Below, in pieces: positions 29,505 through 37,833 of a stretch of 39,441 bases of DNA. Position 1 is the first letter of the stretch; every line of letters starts with the position of its first letter. The position numbers and the translations under genes are program-made. This DNA is from a bacterium (lineage in GTDB: Bacteria > Patescibacteriota > Minisyncoccia > Phycocordibacterales > CAIZLB01): positions 1 through 39,441 of the forward strand of contig JAYSWB010000042.1 in the NCBI GenBank assembly GCA_043718245.1, in the 5' to 3' direction. Below the pieces are notes generated by a model. It did no database searches. It was not told the origin of the DNA and saw only the letters and a list, made by a program, of their open reading frames with translations.

Positions 29505-30050
29505 ATGAACATTCCAGAAGAAGTCGTAAAAACCCTCCTCGCAAAGCGTCAAATCATCGTCCAAGGCAAAATTGAAGCTGAAATACAAGAAAGGGTCTGT
29601 AGCTTGATTGTCTATCTCAACGCCCTAGATGACACTCCAATCACAATCTTCATTGATAGTTGTGGTGGATTAATGAGGTGCGGTATGTATCTCTTTGACG
29701 CAGTCTCAACCTCAAAAGCCCCAGTGATTGGCATCTCAACTGGCGTTACTGCTTCAGCCGCTTTCAGTCTCCTCCTCGCATGCCATAAGCGTCTGGCACA
29801 CCCCCATGCTCGCTTGATGTTCCACGCTCCTGAAGTGAAATTGAGGATTGATAAGGACATCAAGGAAGAGCTTGAAGGACTCAAGAAAATCTACGAGGAG
29901 CAACTTAAGGTCCTTTCGAAGCGGAGTGGCCAACCTATACATAAACTGAGGGAATGGGCTCGGAAGGAAAAATACTTTGACGCTGATGAGGCCAAGCGGG
30001 TCGGCTATGTCGACGACCTGGTCATGCCAACCAGTCCTGTCAGTATTTAA
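29505..30050 (+). CDS. divergent ClpP-family (S14) serine protease
   Basis: IFIDSCGG, catalytic-Ser context GVTASAAF, and His context LMFHAP. GC-richer than neighbouring genes. Confidence 0.75.
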   Translation: MNIPEEVVKTLLAKRQIIVQGKIEAEIQERVCSLIVYLNALDDTPITIFIDSCGGLMRCGMYLFDAVSTSKAPVIGISTGVTASAAFSLLLACHKRLAHPHARLMFHAPEVKLRIDKDIKEELEGLKKIYEEQLKVLSKRSGQPIHKLREWARKEKYFDADEAKRVGYVDDLVMPTSPVSI

Positions 30051-30065
30051 GCAACCCAAACTCAA

Positions 30066-30102
30066 ACACCCGTCCACTGTGAAAGCAGAAGGCGGGTGTT
30101 TT
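30066..30102 (+). terminator. intrinsic terminator
   Basis: ACACCCGTCC / GGCGGGTGT stem (one bulge) followed by TTTT. Confidence 0.65.
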
Positions 30103-30152
30103 CAAATAAAGATACGAACAGAAATTTAGCTAAATTCTGCTATACTAGGATT

Positions 30153-30242
30153 ATGAAATCGCAAATTCTAAATTACTTCAAAAAAATCATTAATGCATGG
30201 ATTGCACTGAAAGCTAGAATCTTCGAGGAATCGGTGGCTTAA
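30153..30242 (+). CDS. possible 29-aa amphipathic peptide
   Basis: Extended -10 TGcTATACT (30138-30146) lies 6 nt before the ATG. Peptide: MKSQILNYFKKIINAWIALKARIFEESVA. Confidence 0.3.
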   Translation: MKSQILNYFKKIINAWIALKARIFEESVA

Positions 30243-30260
30243 TTATGTTCACTAATTAAA

Positions 30261-30752
30261 ATGATTGACTACACAAAATACATCTCAGGGAAAAAAGAAT
30301 TAATTGATATGACCAAGTTATTACTTGACCCTGTTATTTTTAATTCGCTTATTGATGACATGTGCAAGCCTTTTACTAATAAAAAAATTGACAAAGTTGC
30401 GGCGATTGATGCTATGGGTTTTGTATTTGGTGCAAGAATTGCTGATAAATTAGGTGTAGGATTAGTGCTCATACGAAAAGGAGGAAAAATTGGAATAGAA
30501 ACTAAATCAATTTCTTTCACGGATTACTCAAAAACAGAGAAATCGCTTAGCATGGCAACAATAGCTTTAAAAGGAGGAGAAAGAATCTTGATGGTAGATG
30601 AGTGGTCGGAAACTGGAAGCCAGCTGAAAACCGCAATAAAGCTTATTGAATTATCCAATGGAAAGGTAATTGGAATCAGTTGTATTAATCTTGACGATGA
30701 GGTTAAAAAAGACCCCATTTTGTCTAAATACGTGATTCATTCAGTTATGTAA
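30261..30752 (+). CDS. adenine phosphoribosyltransferase-like type I PRTase
   Basis: AIDAMGFVFGARIADKLGVGLVLIRKGGK and the PRPP loop ILMVDEWSETGSQ align with APRT signatures. Confidence 0.75.
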   Translation: MIDYTKYISGKKELIDMTKLLLDPVIFNSLIDDMCKPFTNKKIDKVAAIDAMGFVFGARIADKLGVGLVLIRKGGKIGIETKSISFTDYSKTEKSLSMATIALKGGERILMVDEWSETGSQLKTAIKLIELSNGKVIGISCINLDDEVKKDPILSKYVIHSVM

Positions 30753-30763
30753 TTTGGTATAAT

Positions 30764-31288
30764 ATGTCTATGGAAAAACCCACATCGCAGGAGGCGTTGA
30801 AAATTGAAATAGAGAAAATAGTAGAAGAGGTAAAAGCGAGGGCGATGAGTTTGAAAGATGCAAAGAAAGCAACTAAAACTTTTGATAAATGGTATTACAG
30901 CGATAACAGAAGTCATGATGAGGAGCTTGAAGCTATTCAAGACGCTATTATGAATAGCTCCATCACCGTCCAGACTTTAGCAGAATATAGAATGGTTCTT
31001 GAAAATATGACTAATCCAGCCGAAGCGGAAGAAATACTTGCCCATGAAAATGCTCATGCGAACATAGCTCAATCTTTGGGCGCAGATTTTATAGGATACT
31101 CATTATTAATTTGTAAAGATGGCGATGAATTTGTATTTCGTGGCGGGGCACCGTATAGGCTTCCTAAAGAGTGGTCGGCTGAAAAGAAAAAAGCTGCCCA
31201 CATTCGGATTTATAATGCACCAGAAGAATACGGAGAGGAGCTGTCTCCTACAGATGAAAAAGTTGTCGACGGATTAAGAAATAGTTAG
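30764..31288 (+). CDS. hypothetical protein with an HExxH motif (putative small metallopeptidase)
   Basis: 174-aa ORF containing ILAHENAHANIAQSLG. An alternative ATG is at 30770. Confidence 0.6.
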   Translation: MSMEKPTSQEALKIEIEKIVEEVKARAMSLKDAKKATKTFDKWYYSDNRSHDEELEAIQDAIMNSSITVQTLAEYRMVLENMTNPAEAEEILAHENAHANIAQSLGADFIGYSLLICKDGDEFVFRGGAPYRLPKEWSAEKKKAAHIRIYNAPEEYGEELSPTDEKVVDGLRNS

Positions 31289-31399
31289 TTCAGTATTTTT
31301 AAAAAATATTTTATCTATTTGGATTTAGTATTATCAAAAATTTCAAAAAAATATATTTCCGTATACATTTTGAAAATCGTATACATTTGTATGTTGTGA

Positions 31400-31700
31400 C
31401 CTAAACGGACTTGTTCCACCCCGACGGCCTCTATTTTGGGGCTAAGCCCCCTAGGGGTAGGGGTTCTAGAGTAAGTGTCGCTATATTGAGTCGTGTAGGC
31501 TTGAGAGGTTCAATAGAGAATTACCCAACTAGACTATCTCTACGGCTATGTTAGATTAATGAAGTAATTCAAGGGCATTCTGAAGGGTTAGTTCTGGAAA
31601 TGTAACAAGTTCCACCCATGTCGGAGTTCGTAAATCGTTCAGTGCCCCAGCCCATTTGTAGAGGTAGGATTTTCAACAAGTTTCGACACTAAGCAGAAGT
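31400..31700. ncRNA. candidate structured non-coding element (RNA or replication/recombination site)
   Basis: GC-rich core of a 500-bp ORF-free gap. GTTCCACCC occurs at 31413 and 31609, each flanked by the complementary 7-mers ACTTGTT/AACAAGT. Hairpin GGGGC-TAA-GCCCC at 31438-31450. Confidence 0.3.
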
Positions 31701-31789
31701 AGAGCATTAAAAAGCATCTTAACTTCTTCATATGAGCAACTAGTGATATACTGCGGACCTTACGAAATAAATTAATTTACATTCAATAC

Positions 31790-32260
31790 ATGACAGACAT
31801 TAAAGCAAAAGACTTAACAAAAGTGGCACCTAGAAATGCCTACGAAATGATGGGTGGTTTTGCGATCATCGCAAGAACAATAGACAAATGCCGAGCTCTC
31901 ATTGGGGGAAACATCGGGGAATTTCATTTTGATTGCCCAGTAGATAGTATGCTTTTCAAGTTTAAGGGCATCAATGGTGCGGATTTTAAGGCTTATGTGG
32001 CTGAAGGTCATACTGATGAGGAAATTGCAGAATGGGTCAAGAACAGCGGTATTCAGAAAACAGATGATGAGATAAAGGCGTGGTCAGACAGCTTCAAGAG
32101 TGATTTCTCCTACTCAACAGACCCACAAAAGAAGGACTGGTTTCTTGGTGAATGTACACGACTTGGTCTTGATGCAGAGAAGACTACATTGTTTGACATG
32201 CTAGATGCAGATGATAAAACAATAGGATCAGCGAATCCGCAGGTTTGTGCGATAGATTAG
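31790..32260 (+). CDS. conserved hypothetical protein (resembles the DUF5069 family)
   Basis: 156-aa ORF. The PRNAYEMMGGFAIIARTIDKCRA...GEFHFDCPVD pattern is recalled from DUF5069, not verified. Confidence 0.7.
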   Translation: MTDIKAKDLTKVAPRNAYEMMGGFAIIARTIDKCRALIGGNIGEFHFDCPVDSMLFKFKGINGADFKAYVAEGHTDEEIAEWVKNSGIQKTDDEIKAWSDSFKSDFSYSTDPQKKDWFLGECTRLGLDAEKTTLFDMLDADDKTIGSANPQVCAID

Positions 32261-32272
32261 TAAACTGCTGTA

Positions 32273-33058
32273 ATGAATTATAATAGGCTTATGAAAAACA
32301 AAATCCTCGCACCCATCGCAGTCGCAATCTTTATAATTTTAGTAATCGCCGGTTTTAAGTCGTTTAACTCTGCACCTGTAACTTTATCAAACACCCTACC
32401 TATGTATGGGGCTTCAAGCTTTAAGCAGTACATTTCTAAGCGAAGTCCTGAAATGAAGGCTACCGATGAGGCTTTTATTCTTGAAGTGACAGCCTCTACC
32501 ACAAAAGAAGAGGCTATTAAAAAAATAATTAATTTGGGTTGGAGTAATATTTCTCGAAATGATCTTGATGCTGGAATGGAGAACTTTAATCAAGTCTGGC
32601 TATTAGACCAAGATAATTTTAATGTACAGTGGGGCTACGGTGCAGTTTTGGGAATTAAAGGTGAACTTCAAAAATCCGCAGACTATTTTGATAAGGCAAT
32701 AGAAATGTATTCGGAAGTAAAAGCCGTTACAGAAAAAGATTACCTGCCACTTTGGAATGATTCAGCCCTGAGTTTCGTAAACCTATCCGAATCATATTTG
32801 AAGACAAATGAGAAGACTGCAAAAAAATATGCCAGTAAGGCGATCAAGCTGTTGGAAGATTCTCTCGAACAAAGAGCTGGCTTGTCAAAAAGGACGGTTA
32901 TGCAAGAGGCGTTTTTGCTTTCAGTAGCTTACTTTAATTTAGGTGACTATAAGACAGCATGGGGAATATATAACCAAGCGGTGACGGAATTTCCTGAAAT
33001 AAAGGCAGATTCGGATGGAGCGGCATTTGAGAAAATGCTGGCAGAGAAGGGGGTTTAG
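32273..33058 (+). CDS. membrane-anchored TPR-like repeat protein
   Basis: N-terminal TM helix followed by helical repeats (e.g. YFNLGDYKTAWGIYNQAV). Confidence 0.65.
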   Translation: MNYNRLMKNKILAPIAVAIFIILVIAGFKSFNSAPVTLSNTLPMYGASSFKQYISKRSPEMKATDEAFILEVTASTTKEEAIKKIINLGWSNISRNDLDAGMENFNQVWLLDQDNFNVQWGYGAVLGIKGELQKSADYFDKAIEMYSEVKAVTEKDYLPLWNDSALSFVNLSESYLKTNEKTAKKYASKAIKLLEDSLEQRAGLSKRTVMQEAFLLSVAYFNLGDYKTAWGIYNQAVTEFPEIKADSDGAAFEKMLAEKGV

Positions 33059-33067
33059 GCTTGCCCT

Positions 33068-33089
33068 CGAACAAATGTTCGAATATAAT
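33068..33089 (+). promoter_or_regulatory. LexA operator (Cheo-type SOS box) plus -10 hexamer
   Basis: CGAACAAATGTTCG (33068-33081) is a perfect GAAC-N4-GTTC palindrome. TATAAT at 33084-33089 lies 6 nt before the GTG start. Confidence 0.75.
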
Positions 33090-33095
33090 TGATCG

Positions 33096-33653
33096 GTGGA
33101 TTACAAGCAAAAAATTCTAAATTACTATAGAAATTATAAACGCATGCCTTCTGTTTCAGAAGTCATGAAGGTTTGTGGTTTTACCTCGCGCAGTTCCGCC
33201 TTTTATCAAATTGAAAAGTTGATTAAAGAAGGCGTAATCGAAAAAGATTCCAAGGGAAAAGTTATTCCCAAAAATTTACATGAATTAAAACTGGTTGGAA
33301 ATATTCGCGCAGGATTTGCTTCACCTGCAGAGGATGAATTGGCAGATACGATTTCAATTGGTGAATACATGATCGGTCACAAAGAATCCAGCTTTATTTT
33401 AAAAGTTGATGGGGATTCGATGATTGATGCTGGAATCCTCGAAGGTGACATGGTAATTTTTGAACGTGGCAGAGACCCAAAAAATGGGGACATTGTAGTT
33501 GCGCTGACGGAGGACGGTTACACTTTAAAATATTTGAAAAGTACCAAGGATGGGATTTATTTAAAAGCCGCGAACTCTGATTATCCGAATATTTATCCAA
33601 AGGAAGGCCAGATTATTGGGGTGGTTACTGCGTCATTTCGAAAATATGTATAA
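33096..33653 (+). CDS. lexA: LexA-type repressor (wHTH plus S24 peptidase)
   Basis: N-terminal wHTH, Ala-Gly cleavage site in NIRAGFASP, Ser in VDGDSM, Lys in TLKYL. Confidence 0.85.
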   Translation: MDYKQKILNYYRNYKRMPSVSEVMKVCGFTSRSSAFYQIEKLIKEGVIEKDSKGKVIPKNLHELKLVGNIRAGFASPAEDELADTISIGEYMIGHKESSFILKVDGDSMIDAGILEGDMVIFERGRDPKNGDIVVALTEDGYTLKYLKSTKDGIYLKAANSDYPNIYPKEGQIIGVVTASFRKYV

Positions 33654-34878
33654 AGTAATCGTACATTTTGATGGTGATTCTTTTTTTGCGTCAGTCGAGC
33701 AAGTTTTAAATTATAAATTAAAAGGTAAGCCGCTGGTTACAGGGGCCGAGCGTGGAGCGATCACCTCCGCCAGTATTGAAGCTAAAAAAATGGGAGTGGG
33801 TCGCGGGATTTCGCTTCGCGATGCGAGAAAACTTTGTCCAAAGTTGTTGGTGGTACCATCAAATTATATGGCCTATTCAATTTTTGCGAGGAGGATGTAC
33901 AAAATTGTTCGAGAATTCACATCCGATGTAGAAGAATACAGTATTGATGAATGTTTTGCGGATATTACGGGGCTGGATAAGAAATATAAAAAGTCGTATG
34001 AGGAAATTGCGCTTATGATTAAAGGAAAGCTAGAAAAAAATTTAGGCGTAACCTTTGGTGTTGGGTTGGGTCCAAATAAAGTTCTGGCCAAAGCCGCTTC
34101 AAAACATCGAAAGCCTGCGGGGTTTACTTCCATTTTTAAAGAAGATTTAGAAGTATTTTTAAAAAATATTCCGGTTGGAAAATTGTGGGGTATTGGGGTG
34201 AAGACTGCAATATATTTGAATAAACGAGGGGTTGTAACGGCGCTTGATTTTAGAGAGAAGACGGAAGGGTGGCTTGCTGATAATGATTTGGCGAAACCGT
34301 ACAAGGAAATGTGGATGGAACTTCATGGGCAGTTTGTGAAAAGCTTGACTATTGAGCATGAAGTTGCAAAATCAATTATCCAATCTAGAACTTTTAGGCC
34401 AGCTTCAAGTGATGCAAAAGTGGTTATGATGCAACTTTCAAAAAATATTCAGGGCGCCTGCTCTCACGCTCGAAGATTAAAATTAAGAGCTGGTAGAGCG
34501 AGATTTTATTTAAAGACTCAAGAGTTCAGTTATAGGGGTTTTGAAATTGAAATGAGTGTAGCGACAGCGACGCCAATGGAAATATTGAAGTTGGTGAGAG
34601 AAAATTTTCATAAAGTTTATAGAAGTGGTGTTCTTTATCGTGCAACCGGGGTTTGTTTGTACTCTCTTATTCCTGAAGGAAAGGCATCGGTTGATTTGTT
34701 TGGTGAGAGTGTGAAGGCGGATAGAAATGTCAAGATTTTTGAAGCGGTTGATAGGATGAGTCGCAAGTTCGGGAAGGATACGGTTTTTTTAGGGAGTGGG
34801 ATGCAGGTGATGGGAGGTGCGCGGCGGGAGGGTCTCCTTGTTGGAGAGAAGGTGTTGGAGTTGCCGGTGGTGGGGTGA
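33646..34878 (+). CDS. dinB: Y-family DNA polymerase IV
   Basis: VHFDGDSFFASVEQ, SIDECFADITG, GVGLGPNKVLAKAAS and GKLWGIGVKT. ATG 33646 overlaps the lexA stop; the track ORF begins at TTG 33616. Confidence 0.9.
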   Translation: MYKVIVHFDGDSFFASVEQVLNYKLKGKPLVTGAERGAITSASIEAKKMGVGRGISLRDARKLCPKLLVVPSNYMAYSIFARRMYKIVREFTSDVEEYSIDECFADITGLDKKYKKSYEEIALMIKGKLEKNLGVTFGVGLGPNKVLAKAASKHRKPAGFTSIFKEDLEVFLKNIPVGKLWGIGVKTAIYLNKRGVVTALDFREKTEGWLADNDLAKPYKEMWMELHGQFVKSLTIEHEVAKSIIQSRTFRPASSDAKVVMMQLSKNIQGACSHARRLKLRAGRARFYLKTQEFSYRGFEIEMSVATATPMEILKLVRENFHKVYRSGVLYRATGVCLYSLIPEGKASVDLFGESVKADRNVKIFEAVDRMSRKFGKDTVFLGSGMQVMGGARREGLLVGEKVLELPVVG

Positions 34879-34913
34879 TATATTTAAATGCAAATAGTAG
34901 GAAGTCTAAAAAA

Positions 34914-34955
34914 AACGTAAATTTAGCCTATTTTTAGGTACAATTTACGTTTTAT
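34914..34955. terminator. AT-rich hairpin, possible bidirectional terminator
   Basis: AACGTAAATT (34914-34923) / AATTTACGTT (34942-34951), flanked by an A-run and a T-run. Confidence 0.4.
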
Positions 34956-35011
34956 TGAGAAACAAGGTGGACTGTTCAACGGCTTCTATGGTGTGATATA
35001 CTGCTATATAT

Positions 35012-35335
35012 ATGAAAAATACGCTTAAAAAAGGCTTAGTTAGGCATATAATCTTTAAGGAAAAGGAAGACGACACCTGGTATGCGGTCGGCTTAGAATT
35101 TAATATTGTAGTAGAGGGAGATTCTCCAGAAGTAGCGTATTTTAATCTCCAAGAAGCGATCGCAGGGTATGTAGAATCATTAAATAAATCTAAAATTGGA
35201 GGATTAAGAACAGACCACCTTTTAAACCAAAAGCCTGATTCTGACTATGAAAATCTCTGGACAATTCTTAACGGAAATAAGCCAATTCCATCACCATATC
35301 AGCAGATTCACTCTTTTGGTCATCTAGTCGTATAA
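35012..35335 (+). CDS. hicB: HicB-family antitoxin
   Basis: The pattern HIIFKEKEDDTWYAVGLEFNIVVEGDSPEVAYFNLQEAIAGYVE matches the HicB N-terminal fold pattern. Sits directly upstream of hicA. Confidence 0.7.
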   Translation: MKNTLKKGLVRHIIFKEKEDDTWYAVGLEFNIVVEGDSPEVAYFNLQEAIAGYVESLNKSKIGGLRTDHLLNQKPDSDYENLWTILNGNKPIPSPYQQIHSFGHLVV

Positions 35336-35344
35336 AAATATACT

Positions 35345-35578
35345 ATGCCGAATGGAATAAAGAATTGGACCTTCGATGATGTTGTTAAGTTCCTAAAAGA
35401 AAATGGCTTTAGATATAATTATACCCGTGCAAGTCACCACTACTATATAGGTTCAAGCCAGGGAATTTTGAGACAGGTCACTGTGGCCTTTCATGGTAAG
35501 AAAACTATAAAACCAAGAACTATGAAAAGTATAATTCTCCAATCAGGGATACCGAAAGAGGTTTGGTTTGGAAAATAG
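35345..35578 (+). CDS. hicA: HicA-family mRNA interferase toxin
   Basis: VVKFLKENGF...RASHHYY...VTVAFHGKKTIKPRTMKSIILQSGI matches the YcfA/HicA signature. Confidence 0.8.
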   Translation: MPNGIKNWTFDDVVKFLKENGFRYNYTRASHHYYIGSSQGILRQVTVAFHGKKTIKPRTMKSIILQSGIPKEVWFGK

Positions 35579-35898
35579 GCCGATCATTCAGGAAAGAATG
35601 CTTCGTGAATGCGATTATGGCGATCTTACCCAGCATCCAAGTGAGGAGGTGGATGGTGAGAAGCTTAAGCGGCTTCATGTGCCGTTTCCAAATGGTGAAA
35701 GTTACGATGATACGACGGTTCGTAGAAGCGCGTTCTTGGAGGATTTGGTGAAGAATTATGATGGGAAAAGTGTTATGATAATAGGGCATAGGGCGACTCA
35801 GTATGGGTTGGATCATTTGATTAATGGGGGTGGGGATGGAGGAGTTGGTGACGAAGAAGTTTAAGTGGCAAGGTGGGTGGAAATATGTTATCAATTAA
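35568..35898 (+). pseudogene. 5'-truncated and frameshifted histidine phosphatase (PGM-family) remnant
   Basis: No ATG and no RHG motif. The middle part reads LRECDYGDL...VMIIGHRATQYGL. The conserved C-terminus KFKWQGGWKYVIN is in the +1 frame after the G-runs at 35826-35835. Confidence 0.65.
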
Positions 35899-35908
35899 AT
35901 AAAAATTT

Positions 35909-36709
35909 ATGCCACAAAATATAGGAGAGGAAAACGAGATATTTTTAAAGACATTCCTTTTAATGATGTATGCGACTGGGAAGCCTATTGAGGGGGGTCA
36001 TGGGATAGGTCTGATAACATCCTTAAGATTTTCACCCGAAGGTGAATTGCCTAAATGGAATCCAAAATATGCTGACTATTTAAAAAATAGAGATTATTTA
36101 AAATTGAAGAAGATTTTTCCAAAATCAACAACTAACGCTAAAGCAGATCTAGAAATTAATAGGATTAAATACAGTGTAAAAACTTCTCTGGGGGCCAGAC
36201 CAGCGATTGTAAATCACACAAGTCGACGTGGTTTTTTAAGGATTTATAAATCATTAGAATTAGATATTTCCCCCTTGGATAGGATTATAGACGAGTATTG
36301 GAAAAGAAGAATTAAAGGAATAATTAAAGAAGACGTAAGCAATCAAGATGTTAATTCCCCATTTAAGGACCATAAGGATTATTTAAAACCTGTAATTGAG
36401 TATTTTTTGTTTACTGGTACTGGTTCTAAAGATTCAAGCTTTCCTGCGGACGAAATGTTTATTTTTGATCAGCCAGAAAATATGAATAGTTACAAGATTT
36501 TAAATAAATCTCAAGCGGTAGATATAATTTGGGACAAACTAGTCTTCTCTGTTAGAAGTAAAAAAGGAATGCCTTTCAGGGAGGATTCTAATGGTAAAAA
36601 ATACAGTACTTACATTTTGCCAGATCATGACGACATGGCCCTTTGGGTTAGATTTTATCCTGAGGGAAGTGAGTTTCCAAAAGGTGCTTTACATATTAGG
36701 TACGAATAG
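35909..36709 (+). CDS. putative type II restriction endonuclease
   Basis: 266-aa ORF convergent with, and overlapping by 14 nt, a C5 methyltransferase. Possible PD-(D/E)XK segment AKADLEINRIKYSVK. Assigned by context. Confidence 0.5.
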   Translation: MPQNIGEENEIFLKTFLLMMYATGKPIEGGHGIGLITSLRFSPEGELPKWNPKYADYLKNRDYLKLKKIFPKSTTNAKADLEINRIKYSVKTSLGARPAIVNHTSRRGFLRIYKSLELDISPLDRIIDEYWKRRIKGIIKEDVSNQDVNSPFKDHKDYLKPVIEYFLFTGTGSKDSSFPADEMFIFDQPENMNSYKILNKSQAVDIIWDKLVFSVRSKKGMPFREDSNGKKYSTYILPDHDDMALWVRFYPEGSEFPKGALHIRYE

Positions 36710-37583
36710 ATTCAAGTGTTTGAATTATCTCTTTTGCTACTGCCTGAATTGCATTCACAGCCACACTATTTCCCAACTGTTTCATTGCTTGTGTTTCTGA
36801 AACTGGAAATTTAAAATTTTTAGGAAATCCCTGCATTAGTTTTCCTTCTTCTGGACCTAAACGTCTTACTTTTCCATCCACTAGATAAGAATCCCAATTA
36901 CGACGATCGTTGATTGTTGAACCTCTACCTCCACAGCGGAGAGTAAAGCCTACTTCTCTATTACATTTTCCACCCCAGATATCTGACATTGTTTTTTTTA
37001 GTTTAATTGGTGGGGGGAAGTTAAAATTTATATTTTTGTCCCTAAACCCAACCATGAACAAACGGGGTCTTAATTGAGGTAATCCATATTCACTAGCTTT
37101 GACTATTTTATAATAAAATGAGTAGCCCAGTTCCTCTTCAATAACTTTTTTAATAGTTGAGAAAGTTTTACCACCATCATGATTTAAAAGACCTCTTACG
37201 TTTTCAATAAAAAAAGCTCTTGGCTTTTTTATTTTTAATATTTCAACTATGTTGAAGAAAAGAGTACCACGAGTATCTGCAAATCCTTTTCTAAACCCCG
37301 CCTGGCTGAATGGCTGGCAAGGAAAACCACCAGTTAAAATATCAAAATCAGGAATTTCATTTTTTATATCTTTTATTGTATTTATATCTCCAATAAAATT
37401 CTTGTTAAATAATCCAGGGTTTGATTTCTTGAAATTTTCAATATAAGTTTTTCTAGCAGAAGCATCCCATTCAGATGCAAATACACATTCAGCACCAATG
37501 TTATCAAAAGCCATATGAAAGCCTCCGATTCCTGCAAATAAGTCTATTATTTTGTACTTCTTTTTTGCCATTTTATCGAGCAA
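36696..37583 (-). CDS. DNA (cytosine-5)-methyltransferase
   Basis: Motif I DLFAGIGG, motif IV GGFPCQPFS, motif VI ENVRGL, motif VIII QLRPRLFMVG, motif X QLGNSVAV. Confidence 0.9.
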   Translation of the reverse strand: MLDKMAKKKYKIIDLFAGIGGFHMAFDNIGAECVFASEWDASARKTYIENFKKSNPGLFNKNFIGDINTIKDIKNEIPDFDILTGGFPCQPFSQAGFRKGFADTRGTLFFNIVEILKIKKPRAFFIENVRGLLNHDGGKTFSTIKKVIEEELGYSFYYKIVKASEYGLPQLRPRLFMVGFRDKNINFNFPPPIKLKKTMSDIWGGKCNREVGFTLRCGGRGSTINDRRNWDSYLVDGKVRRLGPEEGKLMQGFPKNFKFPVSETQAMKQLGNSVAVNAIQAVAKEIIQTLESIRT

Positions 37584-37833
37584 TTATAGCATTTTAGAAG
37601 TCGTAGTAGTCTTTAAACTGTTGGTTTTTCATGGCTTAATGATGATTGGGCCTTGAATGGGTATGATATATTGAGGTGGTTGTATGATAGTAAGTAAGAC
37701 TGGACTTTGTTGGCTGAAAGGAATGAGATTTTCGACAGAATGATAACCACTCGTGGGATGAAAGGTTGCTATGTATACTTTGAAGACAAGGAAACAGAAA
37801 CTTATTTTAGAAATTGCATGAAGTAAACTTTCC

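Noticed and set aside
31409-31421. TTGTTCCAC-like sequences, considered as DnaA boxes marking an origin.
   Set aside because: They match at most 6 of 9 positions of TTATCCACA, only two copies exist, and no dnaA or dnaN is nearby.
31438-31463. GGGG tracts (31438, 31454, 31460), considered as a G-quadruplex.
   Set aside because: Only three G4-length runs are present, and they are better explained by pairing with the adjacent CCCC tracts.
31400-31700. Assignment of the non-coding candidates (5843-5990, 16040-16266, 31400-31700) to tmRNA, RNase P, SRP RNA or a retron msr/msd.
   Set aside because: I looked for the signature motifs and found none convincingly or in the right order. These were the GGAAGCAGC-type SRP helix 8, GAGGAAAGUCC and ACAGAA for RNase P, and the GGGG...UUCGAC 5' end plus T-arm-ACCA 3' end for tmRNA. 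No reverse transcriptase gene is present for a retron or DGR.
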